Of a stretch of 47,609 nucleotides of DNA, positions 17,887 to 26,996 are shown one piece after another. The notes under the pieces are model-generated. The model had not been told where the DNA came from. It searched no databases and saw only the letters and a list, made by a program, of their open reading frames with translations. Position 1 is the stretch's first letter, and every line of letters begins with the position of its first letter. Both the position numbers and the translations under genes were made by a program. This DNA comes from Eubacteriales bacterium (lineage in GTDB: Bacteria; Bacillota; Clostridia; Oscillospirales; CAG-382): assembly GCA_045604285.1 (NCBI GenBank), contig JAZUNS010000043.1, forward strand, positions 1 to 47,609, given 5' to 3'.

Positions 17887-20223
17887 CTATTCCAAAGCTA
17901 TTTCTACTACCTGAGAAAAACTGCTTACCGGAATAAACTCAAGGCAGTTAAGTATTTCGCTGTCAAAATCAGAAACATCAGCAAGATTTTCTGCCGGTAT
18001 TATTACCTGCTTTACTCCTGCCTTATAGGCAGCCATGGATTTTTCTTTCAATCCGCCTATTCTTAATACCCTACCCGTTAAGGTAAGCTCACCGGTCATT
18101 GCAACGCTTTGCTTGACTTTACGCTCGGTCAATGCAGAAAGCAAAGCGCAGGCTATGCTGATACCCGCACTGGGGCCATCCTTGGGAACCGCTCCCTCGG
18201 GAACGTGGATGTGAATATCCTTTTCCTCGGTAAATTTAGGGTCAACCTTATATACGTCACCCTTTGACCTTATATAGCTGATGGCGGCCTTGGCAGACTC
18301 TTTCATTACGTCGCCCAAGTTGCCGGTTAGCTCCAGCTTTCCGTTACCCGGCATGGAAAGAGCCTCTATTCTAAGCATCTCACCACCCAAAGCGGTCCAC
18401 GCCAAACCGTTAACTACGCCAACCTCGTTGTTCGCATAAACGGTATCTGGTATAAACTGTTCTGCCCCCAAAAGCTCTTTTATCGTGTTTTCATCAGCAA
18501 TATAGCTTTTGGCTTTTCCGCTTACCTCAAGCATAGCAACTTTTCTGCAAACGTTGGCTATCTCTCTTTCAAGATTTCTTACGCCCGCCTCTTTGGTATA
18601 AGCGTTGATAAGCCTTTTTACACCGTTTTCGGTAAAAGTAAGGTTGCGCTTTGTTAAGCCGTGATGCTTTAGTTGCTTTGGAATAAGATGGTTAAAGGCA
18701 ATAGAAAGCTTTTCCTTTTCCGAATAGCTTTCCATATGGATAACCTCTAATCTATCCAACAAGGCAGGAGGGATAGTATCAACCGAGTTTGCAGTCGTTA
18801 TAAACATACAGCGAGATAAATCCAAGGGAAGCTCTAAAAAATGGTCGCGGAAGCTCTTGTTTTGCTCGGAATCCAAAACCTCAAGCAAGGCGGAAGCCGG
18901 ATCACCGTGAGCGTCTCTCGTAAGCTTATCGATTTCATCAAGAAGTATTACGGGGTTTGCACTTCCCGCAAGCTTCAGTCCATTTACGATTCTGCCCGGC
19001 ATGGAACCGACATAGGTCTTTCTATGCCCTCTTATATCAGCTTCATCCCTTACGCCACCCAGTGCAATGCGAACGTACTTTTTGTTAAGCGCTCTTGCTA
19101 TAGAGCGTGCAATGGAAGTTTTACCCACGCCGGGAGGGCCCACAAAACACAGTATCTGTCCTGATATATCGGGGGAAAGCTTTTTTACTGCTATATACTC
19201 AAGAATTCTTTCCTTGACCTTTTTTAGCCCGTCGTGGTCTTTTTCCAAGATTTTTCTTGCCTTTTCCACGTCCAATCTATCCTTGGTAGTCTTTTCCCAA
19301 GGTAAATCCAGGCATATTTCTATATAGTTGCGAATAACGGCAGCTTCTTGAGAACCAAAGGGCATTTTATTAAGCTTAGATACTTCCTTTAACAGCTTAG
19401 CTCTTACTTCTATCGGAAGCTGACGTCTTTTTATTTCTTCGGAAAGCTCTTCGTCTTCCGAGAAGATATCTTCTTCCTCGTTATTGCCCAGCTCGGAATG
19501 TATTACCCTAAGCTGTTCCCTTAAATATGCATCTCTTTGATTCCGCTGAAGATTGATCCTTACCTTGTTTTGAATATCCGTTTCAAGATGCATGTACTCG
19601 ATTTCAGCTTTTATAAAATCGGTAAATTGGTTAAGTCTTTCAACGGGATCATATATATCAAGAACAGCTTGCCTTTGTTCTGCTTTCACAAGAAAAGAGG
19701 ATGCCAAATAGTCTGCCAACGCACCTGCATCTCTGATGCTGTGGGCAGCCTCGGTTACTTCTTTAGCTTGACTTTGTGTATACTTAAGATATTCGGTCAG
19801 TGCAGCCCAAGCGTCCTTAATAGCTGCTATTTCTTCAGAACCGTCTATCGATTCATAGCTGACGTTGCGAATAAATACGGAAGCGGTAAGCCCGTTTTCA
19901 CCAAGCTCCAACGCTTGCAGCTCTCCACGCGTAAGACCTTCTACTATTACTTGAAAATTGCCGTTAGCAAGTTTAAAGCTTCTTTCGATTTTTGCAATTA
20001 CGCCAACGGTTTGTAAATCAGAAACGGCGGGATCCAACACAGAGGGATCTGTCTGTGCCACAAGAAAAATCCTACCGTCGGCGTTTTCTGCGCGCATAAG
20101 GGCGTTTAAAGACTGCTTACGCGCTATTTCAAAACTTGTTACAACATTAGGAAAAACCACAATGCCTCTAAGCGCAATAGCAGGAAGCACTTGTTTTTCT
20201 ATAATTTCTGTCATTTTTTGCAT
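17887..20223 (-). CDS. lon: ATP-dependent Lon protease (LonA type)
   Basis: 778 aa. LON N-domain, Walker A GPPGVGKTS, and protease Ser site DGPSAGI. Confidence 0.95.
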   Translation of the reverse strand: MQKMTEIIEKQVLPAIALRGIVVFPNVVTSFEIARKQSLNALMRAENADGRIFLVAQTDPSVLDPAVSDLQTVGVIAKIERSFKLANGNFQVIVEGLTRGELQALELGENGLTASVFIRNVSYESIDGSEEIAAIKDAWAALTEYLKYTQSQAKEVTEAAHSIRDAGALADYLASSFLVKAEQRQAVLDIYDPVERLNQFTDFIKAEIEYMHLETDIQNKVRINLQRNQRDAYLREQLRVIHSELGNNEEEDIFSEDEELSEEIKRRQLPIEVRAKLLKEVSKLNKMPFGSQEAAVIRNYIEICLDLPWEKTTKDRLDVEKARKILEKDHDGLKKVKERILEYIAVKKLSPDISGQILCFVGPPGVGKTSIARSIARALNKKYVRIALGGVRDEADIRGHRKTYVGSMPGRIVNGLKLAGSANPVILLDEIDKLTRDAHGDPASALLEVLDSEQNKSFRDHFLELPLDLSRCMFITTANSVDTIPPALLDRLEVIHMESYSEKEKLSIAFNHLIPKQLKHHGLTKRNLTFTENGVKRLINAYTKEAGVRNLEREIANVCRKVAMLEVSGKAKSYIADENTIKELLGAEQFIPDTVYANNEVGVVNGLAWTALGGEMLRIEALSMPGNGKLELTGNLGDVMKESAKAAISYIRSKGDVYKVDPKFTEEKDIHIHVPEGAVPKDGPSAGISIACALLSALTERKVKQSVAMTGELTLTGRVLRIGGLKEKSMAAYKAGVKQVIIPAENLADVSDFDSEILNCLEFIPVSSFSQVVEIALE

Positions 20224-20251
20224 TATGTAAACTAATTAACTCCTTAAAACT

Positions 20252-21205
20252 CTATTGTTTCCCCAGCATAGCTGCGCCTATTATACCGGCATCGTTCCCC
20301 AAAAGAGCCATTCTTATTTCCGTTTGCTTTTTACAGTATCTGGAATACTGTTCTTTATCAACGTACTCCATAAGAGGCAGGAATAAATTATCGCCTTCGT
20401 TGGAAACGCCGCCGCCGATACAAACGACCTCGGGCTGAAAGATATTTATTATATTGATAATTCCGCAGGAAAGCAAGCTAATATAGCTGTCGACAACTTC
20501 CTTTGCAGCCTTGTCGCCACGGTCAAGAGCCCTAAATGCCGTTTGCCCGTTAACCTTGCCGTTATTCTCTGCAGCCACTGTCCACATTAAAGATTCCGGA
20601 TGCTTTTCCATAGCCTCTTTTGTAGAATTAATAAGTCCGGTGGCGGAAGAATATGCTTCAAAACAACCGTTCCTTCCGCAAGTACAAGGCTTTCCGTCTG
20701 CCTGTATAACCATGTGACCAAGCTCGCCGCCTGCAAAATTGAAGCCGGAATATATTTTACCGTCAAGAATGATACCGCTGCCCACACCGGTACCCAAGGT
20801 TACTATAATTGCACTTTTATTACCCTTGGCGCCACCGCACATAACCTCGCCTAAGGCTGCGGCATTAGCATCGTTTTCGATATACACTTTTTTTGCAGGG
20901 AACCTTGCAGAGAACTCCTTAGCCAAAGGATAATTCAAAAAGGGAAGGTTGTTACAAAAAACTATCTCTTCTTTTTCCAAATCAGCAGTACCGGGTGCCG
21001 CAACGCCAACATATTCAAGCTCGTCGGCAGATATGCCCGTCTCTTCCAAAAGCATGTAGCAAAGCTTTGCCATGGAATCGGTTATGCTGTCAGGGTCTGC
21101 ATTTTTATCGGTAGGCAAAGACATTTTTTTTACAATCTTGCCATCATTATCGCAAATGCCTGCTTTTATATTTGTGCCGCCCAAGTCAATACCTAAAGTA
21201 TACAT
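20252..21205 (-). CDS. glcK: ROK-family glucokinase
   Basis: 317 aa. LGIDLGGTNIK ATP site and ROK Zn motif CTCGRNGCFE. Confidence 0.85.
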   Translation of the reverse strand: MYTLGIDLGGTNIKAGICDNDGKIVKKMSLPTDKNADPDSITDSMAKLCYMLLEETGISADELEYVGVAAPGTADLEKEEIVFCNNLPFLNYPLAKEFSARFPAKKVYIENDANAAALGEVMCGGAKGNKSAIIVTLGTGVGSGIILDGKIYSGFNFAGGELGHMVIQADGKPCTCGRNGCFEAYSSATGLINSTKEAMEKHPESLMWTVAAENNGKVNGQTAFRALDRGDKAAKEVVDSYISLLSCGIINIINIFQPEVVCIGGGVSNEGDNLFLPLMEYVDKEQYSRYCKKQTEIRMALLGNDAGIIGAAMLGKQ

Positions 21206-21209
21206 AACA

Positions 21210-22136
21210 TCACTCTCCGTACATGCTCATAAGCTTTTTGTTAAATTCTTCTGCCGTGTTATAACCCATCTTTTTTTGTCTGTGATTCATTGCTGCTATC
21301 TCTATTATTACTGCAAGATTACGTCCGGGGGTTACGGGTACGGTTATCGAAGGAATCTTTATACCAAGGATGTCGGTGTATTCATCATCCAAGCCGAACC
21401 TTTCATACATCTTACCCTCAACCCAATTTTCTATGTTGATTATAAGGTCAACCTTTTCGCTCAGCTTTACGGCACCCATACCGAAAATACGTCTTATATC
21501 GACGATACCTATCCCTCGCATTTCAACGTAATGCCGTATAAGCTCGGGGGCGGAACCAACCAGCGTTTTTGCTGAAACTCGTTTAATGTCTACGGAATCA
21601 TCCGCTATAAGACGATGTCCCCTTTTAACAAGCTCGATAGCAGTTTCGCTCTTACCCATGCCGCTGTCACCTAAAAGCAAAATACCCTCGCCGTAAACCT
21701 CGACCAAAACGCCGTGCAGAGATATACGCTCGGCAAGATGAATATTTAGGGAAGCTATAAGCGCTGCCATAAAATCAGAGGTGTTCCAAGAGGTTCTGTA
21801 AAGCGGTGTATTGTACTTTTTGAAAAACCCTATCATTTCATCAGATATATCAAGCCCGGTGGTAATAACAACGCACACGGGGTTTCTTGAAAGAAAATCA
21901 GATAAGGACTTAGCTCTTGCTTCTTGTGACAGCCCATCCAAATAGCTAAGCTCCATCTTACCCATCATTTGAATACGTCCGCCCTCAAAATATTCAAAAA
22001 AGCCGCACAAGGGAAGCCCGGGGCGACTAACGTCTGAACGGACAACGTATATGTCATTAATATTTTCGGGAACAAATACCCCTTCTAAAGAAAACTCTTC
22101 TACAAGAGTAAGTAATTTTACCTTATATTCTTCCAT
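21210..22136 (-). CDS. hprK: HPr kinase/phosphorylase
   Basis: The tracked ORF starts at 22271, overlapping mnmA by 122 nt. I prefer the ATG at 22136 (MEEYKVKLLT..., 308 aa, the usual HprK length). Walker A GDSGMGKSE and EMRGIGI signature. Confidence 0.9.
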   Translation of the reverse strand: MEEYKVKLLTLVEEFSLEGVFVPENINDIYVVRSDVSRPGLPLCGFFEYFEGGRIQMMGKMELSYLDGLSQEARAKSLSDFLSRNPVCVVITTGLDISDEMIGFFKKYNTPLYRTSWNTSDFMAALIASLNIHLAERISLHGVLVEVYGEGILLLGDSGMGKSETAIELVKRGHRLIADDSVDIKRVSAKTLVGSAPELIRHYVEMRGIGIVDIRRIFGMGAVKLSEKVDLIINIENWVEGKMYERFGLDDEYTDILGIKIPSITVPVTPGRNLAVIIEIAAMNHRQKKMGYNTAEEFNKKLMSMYGE

Positions 22137-22149
22137 AAGAAAATGCCCC

Positions 22150-23178
22150 CTATTTACATATTGTACCGCCAAAAGCAATGCTGCCGTCTTCACAATAGAA
22201 AACCGCTGATTGCCCCGGTGCTGCAAAGCGCTGCGGCACGCACAGCTTTGCAACGATCGTTTTCTCATCAACGTTTTTAATGACGCAATCTACGGGCTTT
22301 GCACGGTATCGCAATTTGACCTTGTATAAAGCACCGACTGCAACGGAGGTAACAGCCATATAATTAAAACCTTCCACGCTAAACTCATCGCAAACACAAT
22401 CTTCGGCAAAGGATAAAACTATTCTGTTTGTCAACGGGTCTATATCACTTACAAATGCAGGCTTACCCAAAGCTATACCCAAACCTTTGCGCTGCCCTAC
22501 CGTATAGTTGTGAATACCGCTGTGCTTGCCTAATACGTTACCTTGTAGATCTACGTATTCTCCGACAGGCGGAAGCTTACCTTTTGACGCAATAATATCT
22601 CTATAACCTTGGGCGGCAAAGCATATATCGTTGCTTTCACCCTTTGTAAAAGCAAAAGCTTTACTGTTTTCAAAATAAGCCTTTATTTCTGATTTGCGAA
22701 TATCCGCCAAAGGCATAACCACACGAGCCAGAGTACTTTGGGATAAACCGTACAAAAAATATCCCTGGTCCTTGGTTTCATCTGCAGCAGGTGCAAAGGA
22801 ATATCTTCCGTCTTTAAGTACGGGCTTGGCATAATGCCCCGTGGCCACTTTACGTATACCAAGCTCGTCCGCAACGTCCGTAAGCGTATTAAATTTAACG
22901 TCGGGATTGCAAAGCACGCAAGGGTTAGGTGTTCTGCCGCTGACATAGTCGGCGACAAAAGGAGTTATAACCGCCTTGTCAAAAGAACTTCTTGCGTCCA
23001 CGCACAAAAATTCAACACCAAGCTTTTCGGCTAAAGCTTTTGCTTCTTCCGTTCCGTCACAACTGTCATGCATAAGCGCATAGACAGCCGTAACGTCGTA
23101 TCCCGCTTCTATAAGTTTGATAGCAACGAAAGCGCTGTCCATACCGCCGGAAAGCCCCAAAACTATTCTTTCACTCAT
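22150..23178 (-). CDS. mnmA: tRNA 2-thiouridine(34) synthase
   Basis: 342 aa with PP-loop LSGGMDSA. The conserved Cys and overall pattern match MnmA/TrmU. Confidence 0.9.
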   Translation of the reverse strand: MSERIVLGLSGGMDSAFVAIKLIEAGYDVTAVYALMHDSCDGTEEAKALAEKLGVEFLCVDARSSFDKAVITPFVADYVSGRTPNPCVLCNPDVKFNTLTDVADELGIRKVATGHYAKPVLKDGRYSFAPAADETKDQGYFLYGLSQSTLARVVMPLADIRKSEIKAYFENSKAFAFTKGESNDICFAAQGYRDIIASKGKLPPVGEYVDLQGNVLGKHSGIHNYTVGQRKGLGIALGKPAFVSDIDPLTNRIVLSFAEDCVCDEFSVEGFNYMAVTSVAVGALYKVKLRYRAKPVDCVIKNVDEKTIVAKLCVPQRFAAPGQSAVFYCEDGSIAFGGTICK

Positions 23179-23927
23179 TATTTCTTAGTCAACTTTTCAA
23201 ACGCCCTTGCATACATATACTGGTCAAAATAGTACACCGCAAAGGGTAAAGTAAGCACCGTTAGGCACAGGAAAACCGAAATATGAGGAGTACACGGGAA
23301 CTCACCAAACCACTTTGACATATCCAATGCGATATCCCAAATAGAAAACTCTTTAACAATATAATCGTGAAGCTGTCCGTCTTTAAAAGTGACGGTAGCA
23401 CCGGCTGCTTCAAACCTAACCAAATACATAAGGTTATAGCAAAGAAGCCCCAACCAAAAGCACATAAGAGAAAACGCAAAAGCAAAATAGTATTTCAACT
23501 GCCTACGCTTATTTTTTGCATCTTCCGCTACGATTACATCTGTACCTTCAGCTTTGACAACCGTTTTATAGTATACCTTGGTGCAATAGGTGCAAACAAG
23601 CTTACTGCCCTCTTCATCACGCTCTTTAGCCTCTGCAGAAGTAAGATCGCAAAGCTCGTCATCGGAAGAAGAAACCGAAGAGAATTTAACGGAAAAATAG
23701 TAACTGCTTGCCTTTGGGTTTCGTTCAAATCTATAGCCGAAAAAGCAACGGCCGCATAAAGCAAAGCCCTGGGAAGCCATATAATTCAGCCATTTTTCTT
23801 CGTCTATTACGGAAAGGATCGTTTTTTTAACTTCAAAAACGCCGCATTCATCGGCGGCAAGCACCGTACCATCCTTCAGTTTTACTACGTTAAGCGTTGC
23901 CGAAGCGGTGTTATTTGCATTATCCAA
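23178..23927 (-). CDS. hypothetical membrane protein (possibly DUF2812-like)
   Basis: 249 aa. TTG start with GGAGG 8 nt upstream. EEKWLNYMASQGFAL motif and two C-terminal TM segments. Its stop overlaps the mnmA ATG (TAATG). Confidence 0.55.
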   Translation of the reverse strand: MDNANNTASATLNVVKLKDGTVLAADECGVFEVKKTILSVIDEEKWLNYMASQGFALCGRCFFGYRFERNPKASSYYFSVKFSSVSSSDDELCDLTSAEAKERDEEGSKLVCTYCTKVYYKTVVKAEGTDVIVAEDAKNKRRQLKYYFAFAFSLMCFWLGLLCYNLMYLVRFEAAGATVTFKDGQLHDYIVKEFSIWDIALDMSKWFGEFPCTPHISVFLCLTVLTLPFAVYYFDQYMYARAFEKLTKK

Positions 23928-23974
23928 CCCAGTTACCTCCCATATGAGTATAAATCGACATATAACCGCTTACG

Positions 23975-24003
23975 ATTATACTCTATTGCATTCATTTTGT
24001 CAA
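23975..24003 (-). promoter_or_regulatory. consensus sigma-A promoter for the membrane protein-mnmA-hprK-glcK gene string
   Basis: The minus strand reads TTGACA-17 nt-TATAAT. Confidence 0.7.
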
Positions 24004-24028
24004 CCTGAATATTTTTTTAAACACCTAC

Positions 24029-24057
24029 TTGCAAAAACGTTTTGTTTCTGTTATAAT
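24029..24057 (+). promoter_or_regulatory. sigma-A promoter (extended -10) for the SRP RNA
   Basis: TTGCAA-17 nt-(TGT)TATAAT, about 25 nt upstream of the predicted RNA 5' helix. Confidence 0.7.
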
Positions 24058-24079
24058 GGTTGCCACAGATATACAGAAT

Positions 24080-24352
24080 ATGGCCATACTATCCGGGGAG
24101 TTAGCGGTGCCTTGTACCTGCAATCCGCTATAGCAGGGGTGATGTCCACCTTTTGAGGGTCCTATGGGTTCGGCAGCATTTGACAAAGTCTGTTGATGAA
24201 TGGGTCTTGCGCAATCGAAAGCCGTGAACCATGTCAGGTGGGGAACCAAGCAGCATTAAGCGGTATCTTCGATGTGCCGCGAGGTTGCCTGTTTTGAAGT
24301 CGGCGTCAAATTAGCGCGTGTTCATTTGATTCGACAGTGGGCGTATGGTCAT
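24080..24352 (+). ncRNA. ffs: signal recognition particle RNA, long Bacillus type (with Alu domain)
   Basis: Domain IV motif GUCAGGUGGGGAACCAAGCAGC (GGAA tetraloop closed by UGG/CCA). Alu-domain-like GGGGAGUUAGCGGUGCCUUGUACCUGCAAUCCGC. 5' GGCCAUAC pairs with 3' GUAUGGUC. Sits directly upstream of dnaX, as scr does in B. subtilis. Ends are +/-10 nt. Confidence 0.85.
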
Positions 24353-24393
24353 ATTCTGTATATTTGATTTTGGCAGGAGGCGGTACCGCTGAT

Positions 24394-25917
24394 ATGTACA
24401 GAGCTTTATACAGAAAATGGCGTCCCCGCAGTTTTGATGAAGTGTGCGGGCAAGAGCATATAACAACTGTTCTGAAAAACCAAGTTCTTTCTTCCACGGT
24501 TTCCCACGCATATTTGTTTTGCGGGACCCACGGCACGGGTAAAACCACCTGTGCAAAAATCCTTGCCAAAGCGGTTAATTGCGAAAACCCCGTTGACGGC
24601 AGCCCTTGCGGCAAATGCAGCGCCTGCATTGCCATTGACAGCGGCACGGCTACCGACGTTTTGGAAATAGACGCCGCAAGCAACAACGGCGTTGACGGCA
24701 TACGTGCCATAAGGGACGAGGTTGTTTACCCTCCCTCCACATTAAAAAAGCGTGTTTACATCGTGGACGAGGTACACATGCTTACCGACAGTGCAAACAA
24801 CGCCCTGCTTAAAACTTTGGAGGAGCCGCCCGAATACGTAATGTTCGTTTTGGCTACTACCGAGCTTCAGAAAATACCTTCAACCATTATATCTCGCTGT
24901 CAGCGTTTTGAATTCAGACGCATTGATGCCGAGGTTGTCGGTGACAGAGTTAAGCACGTTTGCAAGGAAGAATCTATTGATATTGACGAAGAATCCGTAA
25001 ACCTTATAGCAAGGCTTTCCGACGGTGCGATGAGAGATGCACTTAGCCTTCTTGAATCCTGCACTGCAGCCTTGGGCAATAATACCATAAAATACGAAGA
25101 TACCGAAAAGCAGCTTGGTATTGCAAACAACGAAGAGGTCGTTGCCATATTAAGGCACGCTGCCGACGGCAACGTTTCGGAAGCTATGGGCGTTTTGGAT
25201 AAGCTTTATCGCAACTCTCGCGATTTGGCAACGCTTGTAGGGCAGCTTAATTATTTGACAAGAGACCTGCTTGTAATTCAAAGCCTGCCGGGAATAGGGC
25301 TTAACAAGCTTGGCAGCTCGTTTTGTTTCAGCAAATCCATGTTTGAAGAGCTTTGCAGCTTGGCAAAATCCGTAACCAAGGAACAGCTTTTGTATTTCTT
25401 TGAGGTGCTTTCGGAAGCGCAGGCAAGGCTTGGATATTCAGCCCAAAACAAAAAGCTTGTGGCTGAGATGGCGGTTATCAAGCTATCATCTCCACACCTG
25501 GTAGGCGGCGTAGATGCTTTAAGAGCAAGAGTTTCCGCCTTGGAAGCAGGAGTGCCCGTACAGAAAACGCCTGCTGCAACGTCGGTTGCGGCAAAAAAGT
25601 CGGTTGCACCCGCACCTGCAAAAGCAGATAAGCCGTCCCCTTTTAACGGACGTGCCGAGCTTTTGGCGGCGCTTTCCGCAAAAGGGGCAGGTGCCGTATA
25701 CGCTTTTGCTTCTACTGCCGAATTTGTTATGCGCGACGGCGTTTTGTGCGTATTGCCCGACAGCGATATTGCCGAGGACAAGCTTTCGACGCCTAAAGCC
25801 TTAGAGCTGCTTACGGCGTGTGCATCGGAAGTGATGCGCTCCCCCATTACGGTAAAAGTAGAAAAGGCACCGAAGGCAGAAGTGCAAACCAATATGTTTT
25901 TTGATGAATTGATTTAA
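24394..25917 (+). CDS. dnaX: DNA polymerase III subunit tau (gamma/tau)
   Basis: The tracked ORF starts at 24337, inside the SRP RNA. I prefer the ATG at 24394 (MYRALYRKWRPRSF...; AGGAGG upstream). Walker A GTHGTGKTT, Zn module CENPVDGSPCGKCSAC, DEVHML. Confidence 0.93.
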   Translation: MYRALYRKWRPRSFDEVCGQEHITTVLKNQVLSSTVSHAYLFCGTHGTGKTTCAKILAKAVNCENPVDGSPCGKCSACIAIDSGTATDVLEIDAASNNGVDGIRAIRDEVVYPPSTLKKRVYIVDEVHMLTDSANNALLKTLEEPPEYVMFVLATTELQKIPSTIISRCQRFEFRRIDAEVVGDRVKHVCKEESIDIDEESVNLIARLSDGAMRDALSLLESCTAALGNNTIKYEDTEKQLGIANNEEVVAILRHAADGNVSEAMGVLDKLYRNSRDLATLVGQLNYLTRDLLVIQSLPGIGLNKLGSSFCFSKSMFEELCSLAKSVTKEQLLYFFEVLSEAQARLGYSAQNKKLVAEMAVIKLSSPHLVGGVDALRARVSALEAGVPVQKTPAATSVAAKKSVAPAPAKADKPSPFNGRAELLAALSAKGAGAVYAFASTAEFVMRDGVLCVLPDSDIAEDKLSTPKALELLTACASEVMRSPITVKVEKAPKAEVQTNMFFDELI

Positions 25918-25938
25918 TAAATAAAGGAGCTATTAATT

Positions 25939-26286
25939 ATGAAAGTAAGACTTCCTCAGGGAATGGGCGGCGGTCCTCAAAATATGAACGCAATGATCAG
26001 ACAGGCACAAAAAATGCAGGAAGATATGGAAAAGCTTCAGGCAGAGCTTGAAACCAAAGAATACACCGTTAAAGCCGGCGGTGGTGTTGTTACCGTGATT
26101 ATCGGCGGTGATAAGGTTGTTAAGTCTGTTGAGATCGATCCCACGATAATTGACCCGGACGACGTAGAAACTCTTCAGGATATATTGGTGGCTGCTTTTA
26201 ACGAGGCATATAAGACCGTAGAAACCACAAACAGCGAAGCTATGTCCAAGGTTACCAACGGCATGAGCATGCCCGGCTTGTTTTAA
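25939..26286 (+). CDS. ybaB: YbaB/EbfC-family nucleoid-associated protein
   Basis: 115 aa. MQEDMEKLQAELE...GGGVVTV pattern, in the conserved dnaX-ybaB-recR order. Confidence 0.9.
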   Translation: MKVRLPQGMGGGPQNMNAMIRQAQKMQEDMEKLQAELETKEYTVKAGGGVVTVIIGGDKVVKSVEIDPTIIDPDDVETLQDILVAAFNEAYKTVETTNSEAMSKVTNGMSMPGLF

Positions 26287-26288
26287 TT

Positions 26289-26876
26289 ATGACGCCCTCA
26301 CTTGAAAGGCTTGTTAACCAGTTTTCAAAGCTACCGGGTATCGGCAGAAAAACGGCAACACGTTTGGCTTATCACATACTTTCTTTGCCCGAAAGCGAGG
26401 TTAAAGAGTTTGCCACTGCCCTTACGGGTGCAAAGTGCTGTGTAAAGCTATGTAAGGTGTGCAGCACCCTTAGCGAATACGAGCTGTGCGACGTTTGCTC
26501 TGACGACCGACGTGATAAAAGCACTATTTGCGTGGTTGAGGACTCAAGAAGCATGAGCGCCATTGAAGATACCCGTGAGTTTAACGGTGTTTATCACGTC
26601 TTGGGCGGCGTTATCTCTCCCCTTGACGGAATAGGTCCGGAACAGCTTACGGTTAAAGAGCTGATACGACGTCTTGACGAAAGCGTAAAAGAGGTAATAG
26701 TGGCGACCAACCCCAGCATTGAAGGTGAATCTACTGCTATGTACCTTAAAAAGCTTATTGCGCCCCACGGCATAAAGGTTACACGCCTTGCATATGGCTT
26801 GCAGGTTGGTGCAACCTTGGAATACGCTGATATTTCCACCTTGTCCAAAGCCATAGAGCGCAGAACAGAACTGTAA
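26289..26876 (+). CDS. recR: recombination protein RecR
   Basis: 195 aa. HhH LPGIGRKTA, Zn finger CKVCSTLSEYELCDVC and a Toprim segment. Confidence 0.93.
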   Translation: MTPSLERLVNQFSKLPGIGRKTATRLAYHILSLPESEVKEFATALTGAKCCVKLCKVCSTLSEYELCDVCSDDRRDKSTICVVEDSRSMSAIEDTREFNGVYHVLGGVISPLDGIGPEQLTVKELIRRLDESVKEVIVATNPSIEGESTAMYLKKLIAPHGIKVTRLAYGLQVGATLEYADISTLSKAIERRTEL

Positions 26877-26884
26877 AATTCGCA

Positions 26885-26926
26885 AAAGCCCATAACTTAA
26901 ATATAAGTTGTGGGCTTTATTTTTTA
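26885..26926 (+). terminator. rho-independent terminator after recR
   Basis: Stem AAAGCCCATAACTTA/TAAGTTGTGGGCTTT followed by ATTTTTT. Confidence 0.8.
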
Positions 26927-26996
26927 TAAGGAATCCCCTCCCCTTGTTCGTATAATTAATGAGGGACAAAATAGCCCCATATTTCGGAGGTGCAAT

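Noticed and set aside
22137-22271. N-terminal extensions of tracked ORFs: hprK 22137-22271, lysA 17267-17344, giant gene 14325-14390, GH2 8670-8714, flavin reductase 40853-40927, sigma 26910-26996, dnaX 24337-24393, serpin 28246-28263, rlu 15010-15033, SBP 41024-41035
   Set aside because: The extensions overlap upstream genes, promoters, terminators or the SRP RNA, lack an RBS, and add non-homologous residues. Internal starts have good Shine-Dalgarno sequences and give family-typical lengths.
25586-25804. 72-aa +1-frame ORF overlapping the dnaX linker
   Set aside because: It lies in the wrong frame for the slippery-site hypothesis, since a -1 shift terminates after 10 codons. It has no RBS and is Pro/Leu-rich, typical of an alternative frame of an Ala/Pro-rich linker.
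26927-26996. ECF-type autoregulatory promoter GGAAT-N14-CGTA upstream of the sigma factor gene
   Set aside because: The spacing is about 2 nt shorter than typical ECF promoters (AAC-N16/17-CGT). A TATAAT overlaps the CGTA but has no -35. The evidence is insufficient to annotate either promoter.
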